A stretch of 64,000 bases of DNA from Azolla caroliniana (taxonomy: Eukaryota > Plantae > Polypodiophyta): NCBI GenBank assembly GCA_043228905.1, contig JBHGNT010000038.1:124001-188000 (forward strand), given 5' to 3'. A program made the translations under genes and the position numbers. The notes under the pieces were generated by a model. The model saw nothing but the letters and a program-made list of their open reading frames with translations, did not search any database and was not told the origin of the DNA. Of the stretch, positions 54,320-64,000 are shown piece by piece (the first letter of the stretch is position 1; every line of letters starts with the position of its first letter).

Positions 54320-56190
54320 AAGGTTGGAAGAGCGCGTGAGTGAATTAAAATGTTCATACTTGGCTCGTGTGATATCGGATTTTTGTGTTCAAACATGCGA
54401 ATCGAAGCTAACAACGCTAGCTATCATATGGAATAAAAAAAACAAGATTTTTAAACTCAGGTCAAGAGACATGACGAAATTAGCAAATTTGAGGAGTGAG
54501 TTGAGAGGAGCCCTTGAGTAAATTAAAATGTTCATACCTAGCGAGTGTGATATCGGCTTTTTGTGTACAAACATGCGAATCGAAGCTAACAACGCTAGCT
54601 ATGATATGGAATTAAAAAATCAAGACTTTGAAACTTACGTCGAGAGATATGACGAAATTAGCAAATTTGAGGAGTGAGTTGAGAGGGGCCCTTGAGTAAA
54701 TTACAATGGTCATACCTAGCTCGTGTGATATCGGATTTTTGTGTACAAACATGCGAATCGAAGCTAACAACGCTAGCTATGATATGGAATTACAAAATGA
54801 AGATTTTGAAACTCAGGTCGAGAGACATGACGAAATTACCAAATTTGAGGAGGGAGTTGAGAGGGGCCCTTGAGTAAATTAAAATGTTCATACCTAGCGA
54901 GTGTGATATCGGATTTTTGTGTTCAAACATGCGAATCGAAGCTAACAATGCTAGCTATGATATGGAATTAAAAAATCAAGATTTTGAAACTCAGGTCGAG
55001 AGACATGACGAAATTTCCAAATTTCAGGAGGGAGTTGAGAAGAGCTAGTAGGTAAATTATAATGTTCATACCTGGTTCGTGTGATATCGGATTTTTGTGT
55101 TCAAACATGCGAATCGAAGCTAAAAACGCTAGCTATGATATGGAATTAAAAAATCAAGATTTTGCAACTCAAGTCGAGAGACATGAAGAAATTACCAAAT
55201 TTGAGGAGTGAGGTTGGAAGAGCGCGTGAGTGAATTAAAATGTTCATACTTGGCTCGTGTGATATCGGATTTTTGTGTTCAAACATGCGAATCGAAGCTA
55301 ACAACGCTAGCTATCATATGGAATAAAAAAAACAAGATTTTTAAACTCAGGTCAAGAGACATGACAAAATTAGCAAATTTGAGGAGTGAGTTGAGAGGAG
55401 CCCTTGAGTAAATTAAAATGTTCATACCTAGCGAGTGTGATATCGGCTTTTTGTGTACAAACATGCGAATCGAAGCTAACAACGCTAGCTATGATATGGA
55501 ATTAAAAAATCAAGACTTTGAAACTTACGTCGAGAGATATGACGAAATTAGCAAATTTGAGGAGTGAGTTGAGAGGGGCCCTTGAGTAAATTACAATGGT
55601 CATACCTAGCTCGTGTGATATCGGATTTTTGTGTACAAACATGCGAATCGAAGCTAACAACGCTAGCTATGATATGGAATTACAAAATGAAGATTTTGAA
55701 ACTCAGGTCGAGAGACATGACGAAATTACCAAATTTGAGGAGGGAGTTGAGAGGGGCCCTTGAGTAAATTAAAATGTTCATACCTAGCGAGTGTGATATC
55801 GGATTTTTGTGTTCAAACATGCGAATCGAAGCTAACAATGCTAGCTATGATATGGAATTAAAAAATCAAGATTTTGAAACTCAGGTCGAGAGACATGACG
55901 AAATTTCCAAATTTCAGGAGGGAGTTGAGAAGAGCTAGTAGGTAAATTATAATGTTCATACCTGGTTCGTGTGATATCGGATTTTTGTGTTCAAACATGC
56001 GAATCGAAGCTAAAAACGCTAGCTATGATATGGAATTAAAAAATCAAGATTTTGCAACTCAAGTCGAGAGACATGAAGAAATTACCAAATTTGAGGAGTG
56101 AGGTTGGAAGAGCGCGTGAGTGAATTAAAATGTTCATACCTGGCTCGTGTGATATCGGATTTTTGTGTTCAAACATGCGAATCGAAGCTA
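53100..56190 (+). repeat. Tandem 5-monomer higher-order repeat (890 bp), about 3.5 copies
   Basis: 53802/54692/55582 and 53499/54389/55279 are spaced 890 bp. Variants CATACTTGGC, GATTTTTAAAC and TTACAATGGT repeat in each unit. Confidence 0.92.
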
Positions 56191-58249
56191 ACAACGCTAG
56201 CTACGACATGGAATAAAAAAATCAATATTTTGAAACTCAGGTCAAGAGACATGACGAAATTAGCAAATTTGAGGAGTGAGTTGAGAGGAGCCCTTGAGTA
56301 AATTAAAATGTTCATACATAGCGAGTGTGATATCGGATTTTTGTGTACAAACATGCGAATCGAAGCTAACAACGCTAGCTATGATATGGAATTAAAAAAT
56401 TAAGATTTTGAAACTTACGTCGAGAGATATGACGAAATTAGCAAATTTGAGGAGTGAGTTGAGAGGAGCCCTTGAGTAAATTAAAATGGTCATACCTAGC
56501 GAGTGTGATATCGGATTTTTGTGTTCAAACATGCGAATCTAAGCTAACAACGCTAGCTATGATATGGAATTAAAAAATCAAGATTTTGAAACTCAGGTCG
56601 AGAGACATGACGAAATTACCAAATTTGAGGAGCGAGTTAAGAAGAGCTATTAGGTACATTACAATGTTCATACCTGGCTCGTGTGATATCGGTTTTTTGT
56701 GTTCAAACATGCGAATCGAAGCTAACAATGCTAGCTATGATATGGAATTAAAAAATCAAGATTTTGAAACTCAGGTCGAGAGACATGACGAAATTTCCAA
56801 ATTTCAGGAGGGAGTTGAGAAGAGCTAGTAGGTAAATTATAATGTTCATACCTGGTTCGTGTGATATCGGATTTTTTTGTTCAAACATTCGAATCGAAGC
56901 TAACAACGCTAGCTATGATATGGAATTACAAAATCAAGATTTTGAAACTCCAGTCGAGAGACATGATGAAATTACCAAATTTGAGGAGTGACGTTGGAAG
57001 AGCGCGTGAGTGAATTAAAATGTTCATACCTGGCTCGTGTGATATCGGATTTTTGTGTTCAAACATGCAAATCGAAGCTAACAACGCTAGCTATGATATG
57101 GAATAAAAAAAACAAGATTTTTAAACTCAGGTCAAGAGACATGACGAAATTAGCAAATTTGAGGAGTGAGTTGAGAGGAGCCCTTGAGTAAATTAAAATG
57201 TTCATACCTAGCGAGTGTGATATCGGCTTTTTGTGTACAAACATGCGAATCGAAGCTAACAACGCTAGCTATGATATGGAATTAAAAAATCAAGACTTTG
57301 AAACTCAGGTCAAGAGACATGACGAAATTACTAAATTTGAGGAGGGAGTTGAGAGGGGCCCTTGAGTAAATTAAAATGGTCATACCTAGCTCGTGTGATA
57401 TCGGATTTTTGTGTACAAACATGAGAATCGAAGCTAACAACGCTAGCTATGATATGGAATTAAAAAATCAAGATTTTGAAACTTACGTCGAGAGATATGA
57501 CGAAATTAGCAAATTTGAGGAGTGAGTTGAGAGGAGCCCTTGAGTAAATTAAAATGGTCATACCTAGCGAGTGTGATATCGGATTTTTGTGTACAAACAT
57601 GCGAATCGAAGCTAATAACGCTAGCTATGATATGGAATTACAAAATGAAGATTTTGAAACTCAGGTCGAGAGACATGACGAAATTACCAAATTTGAGGAG
57701 GGAGTTGAGAGGGGCCCTTGAGTAAATTAAAATGTTCATACCTAGCTCGTGTGATATCGGATTTTTGTGTTCAAACATGCGAATCGAAGCTAACAATGCT
57801 AGCTATGATATGGAATTAAAAAATCAAGATTTTGAAACTCAGGTCGAGAGACATGACGAAATTTCCAAATTTCAGGAGGGAGTTGAGAAGAGCTAGTAGG
57901 TAAATTATAATGTTCATACCTGGTTCGTGTGATATCGGATTTTTGTGTTCAAACATGCGAATCGAAGCTAAAAACGCTAGCTATGATATGGAATTAAAAA
58001 ATCAAGATTTTGCAACTCAAGTCGAGAGACATGAAGAAATTACCAAATTTGAGGAGTAAGGTTGGAAGAGCGCGTGAGTGAATTAAAATGTTCATACTTG
58101 GCTCGTGTGATATCGGATTTTTGTGTTCAAACATGCGAATCGAAGCTAACAACGCTAGCTATCATATGGAATAAAAAAAACAAGATTTTTAAACTCAGGT
58201 CAAGAGACATGACGAAATTAGCAAATTTGAGGAGTGAGTTGAGAGGAGC

Positions 58250-61200
58250 CCTTGAGTAAATTAAAATGTTCATACCTAGCGAGTGTGATATCGGCTTTTT
58301 GTGTACAAACATGCGAATCGAAGCTAACAACGCTAGCTATGATATGGAATTAAAAAATCAAGACTTTGAAACTTACGTCGAGAGATATGACGAAATTAGC
58401 AAATTTGAGGAGTGAGTTGAGAGGGGCCCTTGAGTAAATTACAATGGTCATACCTAGCTCGTGTGATATCGGATTTTTGTGTACAAACATGCGAATCGAA
58501 GCTAACAACGCTAGCTATGATATGGAATTACAAAATGAAGATTTTGAAACTCAGGTCGAGAGACATGACGAAATTACCAAATTTGAGGAGGGAGTTGAGA
58601 GGGGCCCTTGAGTAAATTAAAATGTTCATACCTAGCGAGTGTGATATCGGATTTTTGTGTTCAAACATGCGAATCGAAGCTAACAATGCTAGCTATGATA
58701 TGGAATTAAAAAATCAAGATTTTGAAACTCAGGTCGAGAGACATGACGAAATTTCCAAATTTCAGGAGGGAGTTGAGAAGAGCTAGTAGGTAAATTATAA
58801 TGTTCATACCTGGTTCGTGTGATATCGGATTTTTGTGTTCAAACATGCGAATCGAAGCTAAAAACGCTAGCTATGATATGGAATTAAAAAATCAAGATTT
58901 TGCAACTCAAGTCGAGAGACATGAAGAAATTACCAAATTTGAGGAGTGAGGTTGGAAGAGCGCGTGAGTGAATTAAAATGTTCATACCTGGCTCGTGTGA
59001 TATCGGATTTTTGTGTTCAAACATGCGAATCGAAGCTAACAACGCTAGCTATCATATGGAATAAAAAAAACAAGATTTTGAAACTCAGGTCAAGAGACAT
59101 GACGAAATTAGCAAATTTGAGGAGTGAGTTGAGAGGAGCCCTTGAGTAAATTAAAATGTTCATACATAGCGAGTGTGATATCGGATTTTTGTGTACAAAC
59201 ATGCGAATCGAAGCTAACAACGCTAGCTATGATATGGAATTAAAAAATTAAGATTTTGAAACTTACGTCGAGAGATATGACGAAATTAGCAAATTTGAGG
59301 AGTGAGTTGAGAGGAGCCCTTGAGTAAATTAAAATGGTCATACCTAGCGAGTGTGATATCGGATTTTTGTGTTCAAACATGCGAATCTAAGCTAACAACG
59401 CTAGCTATGATATGGAATTAAAAAATCAAGATTTTGAAACTCAGGTCGAGAGACATGACGAAATTACCAAATTTGAGGAGCGAGTTAAGAAGAGCTATTA
59501 GGTACATTACAATGTTCATACCTGGCTCGTGTGATATCGGTTTTTTGTGTTCAAACATGCGAATCGAAGCTAACAATGCTAGCTATGATATGGAATTAAA
59601 AAATCAAGATTTTGAAACTCAGGTCGAGAGACATGACGAAATTTCCAAATTTCAGGAGGGAGTTGAGAAGAGCTAGTAGGTAAATTATAATGTTCATACC
59701 TGGTTCGTGTGATATCGGATTTTTTTGTTCAAACATTCGAATCGAAGCTAACAACGCTAGCTATGATATGGAATTACAAAATCAAGATTTTGAAACTCCA
59801 GTCGAGAGACATGATGAAATTACCAAATTTGAGGAGTGACGTTGGAAGAGCGCGTGAGTGAATTAAAATGTTCATACCTGGCTCGTGTGATATCGGATTT
59901 TTGTGTTCAAACATGCAAATCGAAGCTAACAACGCTAGCTATGATATGGAATAAAAAAAACAAGATTTTGAAACTCAGGTCAAGAGACATGACGAAATTA
60001 GCAAATTTGAGGAGTGAGTTGAGAGGAGCCCTTGAGTAAATTAAAATGTTCATACCTAGCGAGTGTGATATCGGCTTTTTGTGTACAAACATGCGAATCG
60101 AAGCTAACAACGCTAGCTATGATATGGAATTAAAAAATCAAGACTTTGAAACTTACGTCGAGAGATATGACGAAATTAGCAAATTTGAGGAGTGAGTTGA
60201 GAGGGGCCCTTGAGTAAATTACAATGGTCATACCTAGCTCGTGTGATATCGGATTTTTGTGTACAAACATGCGAATCGAAGCTAACAACGCTAGCTATGA
60301 TATGGAATTACAAAATGAAGATTTTGAAACTCAGGTCGAGAGACATGACGAAATTACCAAATTTGAGGAGGGAGTTGAGAGGGGCCCTTGAGTAAATTAA
60401 AATGTTCATACCTAGCGAGTGTGATATCGGATTTTTGTGTTCAAACATGCGAATCGAAGCTAACAATGCTAGCTATGATATGGAATTAAAAAATCAAGAT
60501 TTTGAAACTCAGGTCGAGAGACATGACGAAATTTCCAAATTTCAGGAGGGAGTTGAGAAGAGCTAGTAGGTAAATTATAATGTTCATACCTGGTTCGTGT
60601 GATATCGGATTTTTGTGTTCAAACATGCGAATCGAAGCTAAAAACGCTAGCTATGATATGGAATTAAAAAATCAAGATTTTGCAACTCAAGTCGAGAGAC
60701 ATGAAGAAATTACCAAATTTGAGGAGTGAGGTTGGAAGAGCGCGTGAGTGAATTAAAATGTTCATACCTGGCTCGTGTGATATCGGATTTTTGTGTTCAA
60801 ACATGCGAATCGAAGCTAACAACGCTAGCTATCATATGGAATAAAAAAAACAAGATTTTGAAACTCAGGTCAAGAGACATGACGAAATTAGCAAATTTGA
60901 GGAGTGAGTTGAGAGGAGCCCTTGAGTAAATTAAAATGTTCATACATAGCGAGTGTGATATCGGATTTTTGTGTACAAACATGCGAATCGAAGCTAACAA
61001 CGCTAGCTATGATATGGAATTAAAAAATTAAGATTTTGAAACTTACGTCGAGAGATATGACGAAATTAGCAAATTTGAGGAGTGAGTTGAGAGGAGCCCT
61101 TGAGTAAATTAAAATGGTCATACCTAGCGAGTGTGATATCGGATTTTTGTGTTCAAACATGCGAATCTAAGCTAACAACGCTAGCTATGATATGGAATTA

Positions 61201-63610
61201 AAAAATCAAGATTTTGAAACTCAGGTCGAGAGACATGACGAAATTACCAAATTTGAGGAGCGAGTTAAGAAGAGCTATTAGGTACATTACAATGTTCATA
61301 CCTGGCTCGTGTGATATCGGTTTTTTGTGTTCAAACATGCGAATCGAAGCTAACAATGCTAGCTATGATATGGAATTAAAAAATCAAGATTTTGAAACTC
61401 AGGTCGAGAGACATGACGAAATTTCCAAATTTCAGGAGGGAGTTGAGAAGAGCTAGTAGGTAAATTATAATGTTCATACCTGGTTCGTGTGATATCGGAT
61501 TTTTTTGTTCAAACATTCGAATCGAAGCTAACAACGCTAGCTATGATATGGAATTACAAAATCAAGATTTTGAAACTCCAGTCGAGAGACATGATGAAAT
61601 TACCAAATTTGAGGAGTGACGTTGGAAGAGCGCGTGAGTGAATTAAAATGTTCATACCTGGCTCGTGTGATATCGGATTTTTGTGTTCAAACATGCAAAT
61701 CGAAGCTAACAACGCTAGCTATGATATGGAATAAAAAAAACAAGATTTTGAAACTCAGGTCAAGAGACATGACGAAATTAGCAAATTTGAGGAGTGAGTT
61801 GAGAGGAGCCCTTGAGTAAATTAAAATGTTCATACCTAGCGAGTGTGATATCGGCTTTTTGTGTACAAACATGCGAATCGAAGCTAACAACGCTAGCTAT
61901 GATATGGAATTAAAAAATCAAGACTTTGAAACTTACGTCGAGAGATATGACAAAATTAGCAAATTTGAGGAGTGAGTTGAGAGGGGCCCTTGAGTAAATT
62001 ACAATGGTCATACCTAGCTCGTGTGATATCGGATTTTTGTGTACAAACATGCGAATCGAAGCTAACAACGCTAGCTATGATATGGAATTACAAAATGAAG
62101 ATTTTGAAACTCAGGTCGAGAGACATGACGAAATTACCAAATTTGAGGAGGGAGTTGAGAGGGGCCCTTGAGTAAATTAAAATGTTCATACCTAGCGAGT
62201 GTGATATCGGATTTTTGTGTTCAAACATGCGAATCGAAGCTAACAATGCTAGCTATGATATGGAATTAAAAAATCAAGATTTTGAAACTCAGGTCGAGAG
62301 ACATGACGAAATTTCCAAATTTCAGGAGGGAGTTGAGAAGAGCTAGTAGGTAAATTATAATGTTCATACCTGGTTCGTGTGATATCGGATTTTTGTGTTC
62401 AAACATGCGAATCGAAGCTAAAAACGCTAGCTATGATATGGAATTAAAAAATCAAGATTTTGCAACTCAAGTCGAGAGACATGAAGAAATTACCAAATTT
62501 GAGGAGTGAGGTTGGAAGAGCGCGTGAGTGAATTAAAATGTTCATACCTGGCTCGTGTGATATCGGATTTTTGTGTTCAAACATTCGAATCGAAGCTAAC
62601 AACGCTAGCTATCATATGGAATAAAAAAAACAAGATTTTGAAACTCAGGTCAAGAGACATGACGAAATTAGCAAATTTGAGGAGTGAGTTGAGAGGAGCC
62701 CTTGAGTAAATTAAAATGTTCATACATAGCGAGTGTGATATCGGATTTTTGTGTACAAACATGCGAATCGAAGCTAACAACGCTAGCTATGATATGGAAT
62801 TAAAAAATTAAGATTTTGAAACTTACGTCGAGAGATATGACGAAATTAGCAAATTTGAGGAGTGAGTTGAGAGGAGCCCTTGAGTAAATTAAAATGGTCA
62901 TACCTAGCGAGTGTGATATCGGATTTTTGTGTTCAAACATGCGAATCTAAGCTAACAACGCTAGCTATGATATGGAATTAAAAAATCAAGATTTTGAAAC
63001 TCAGGTCGAGAGACATGACGAAATTACCAAATTTGAGGAGCGAGTTAAGAAGAGCTATTAGGTACATTACAATGTTCATACCTGGCTCGTGTGATATCGG
63101 TTTTTTGTGTTCAAACATGCGAATCGAAGCTAACAATGCTAGCTATGATATGGAATTAAAAAATCAAGATTTTGAAACTCAGGTCGAGAGACATGACGAA
63201 ATTTCCAAATTTCAGGAGGGAGTTGAGAAGAGCTAGTAGGTAAATTATAATGTTCATACCTGGTTCGTGTGATATCGGATTTTTTTGTTCAAACATTCGA
63301 ATCGAAGCTAACAACGCTAGCTATGATATGGAATTACAAAATCAAGATTTTGAAACTCCAGTCGAGAGACATGATGAAATTACCAAATTTGAGGAGTGAC
63401 GTTGGAAGAGCGCGTGAGTGAATTAAAATGTTCATACCTGGCTCGTGTGATATCGGATTTTTGTGTTCAAACATGCAAATCGAAGCTAACAACGCTAGCT
63501 ATGATATGGAATAAAAAAAACAAGATTTTGAAACTCAGGTCAAGAGACATGACGAAATTAGCAAATTTGAGGAGTGAGTTGAGAGGAGCCCTTGAGTAAA
63601 TTAAAATGTT
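58250..63610 (+). repeat. Tandem 10-monomer higher-order repeat (1780 bp), 3 near-identical copies, each built from two different pentamers
   Basis: 58430/60210/61990, 58946/60726/62506, 59434/61214/62994 and 59836/61616/63396 are all spaced 1780 bp. Confidence 0.94.
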
Positions 63611-64000
63611 CATACATAGCGAGTGTGATATCGGATTTTTGTGTACAAACATGCGAATCGAAGCTAACAACGCTAGCTATGATATGGAATTAAAAAATTA
63701 AGATTTTGAAACTTACGTCGAGAGATATGACGAAATTAGCAAATTTGAGGAGTGAGTTGAGAGGAGCCCTTGAGTAAATTAAAATGGTCATACCTAGCGA
63801 GTGTGATATCGGATTTTTGTGTTCAAACATGCGAATCTAAGCTAACAACGCTAGCTATGATATGGAATTAAAAAATCAAGATTTTGAAACTCAGGTCGAG
63901 AGACATGACGAAATTACCAAATTTGAGGAGCGAGTTAAGAAGAGCTATTAGGTACATTACAATGTTCATACCTGGCTCGTGTGATATCGGTTTTTTGTGT

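Larger units (their letters stand above)
1..64000 (+). repeat. 178-bp tandem satellite DNA array (~360 monomers, single orientation), probably centromeric or pericentromeric
   Basis: The same unit recurs every 178 bp throughout (e.g. ORF starts 10212/10390, 14486/14664, 39597/39775). GATATC, GCTAGC and CAAATTT recur once per monomer with few exceptions. No unique sequence was seen and the array runs off both ends. The centromeric assignment is inferred from monomer length and homogeneity only. Confidence 0.99.

Noticed and set aside
779-63670. Many 60-81 aa ORFs on both strands (MSKLKCSY..., MLASIRMF..., MKLRSRDM..., M(R/T)LEERV...)
   Set aside because: They are translations of the satellite. 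The 178-bp period is not a multiple of 3, most starts are TTG/GTG, the ORFs overlap on both strands, and they appear or vanish with single SNVs. I recognise no domain. They were used only as position markers.
1-64000. CRISPR-like or variable-cassette array (conserved repeat plus variable segment)
   Set aside because: The variable segments are a few homologous alleles reused many times rather than unique spacers, the conserved part is ~150 bp, and there are no cas, integrase or leader sequences.
1-64000. Identity with Arabidopsis CEN178/180, primate alpha satellite or another named satellite
   Set aside because: Only the length is similar. I see no HindIII AAGCTT landmark and no recognisable sequence similarity, and a database search is needed before naming it.
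1-64000. Tandem RNA gene array (5S rRNA, tRNA, snRNA, spliced leader) or rDNA spacer
   Set aside because: No 5S or tRNA conserved motifs or cloverleaf are recognisable and no flanking rRNA sequence is present.
1-64000. Embedded retrotransposon, telomeric repeat or inversion
   Set aside because: The monomer phase is accounted for across the window by 175/178/179/139-bp units and the ORF families keep one orientation, leaving no room for an insertion.

Overview
The whole 64 kb window is one uninterrupted, head-to-tail tandem array of a 178-bp AT-rich satellite (about 360 monomers; consensus about 37% GC by hand count, purine-rich on the + strand). Consensus read from the sequence: TTGAGTAAATTAAAATGTTCATACCTAGCGAGTGTGATATCGGATTTTTGTGTTCAAACATGCGAATCGAAGCTAACAACGCTAGCTATGATATGGAATTAAAAAATCAAGATTTTGAAACTCAGGTCGAGAGACATGACGAAATTACCAAATTTGAGGAGTGAGTTGAGAGGAGCCC. 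It looks like a eukaryotic centromeric or heterochromatic satellite, but I do not recognise the family or species. I found no genes, RNA genes, transposons, inversions or CRISPR arrays, and all listed ORFs are translations of the repeat. The informative signal is internal. A small set of monomer types differs mainly in a ~25-bp junction segment, and these types are arranged into local, shifting and partly nested higher-order repeats (2-, 5-, 9-, 10-, 17-, 21-, 22-, 24- and 25-monomer periods). There is also one 39-bp microhomology-flanked deletion, and one monomer type carries a partial CENP-B-box-like motif. Periods come from the spacing of variant-specific ORFs and were checked by eye against private SNVs; block boundaries are approximate. 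I cannot support a new gene-based biological system here.
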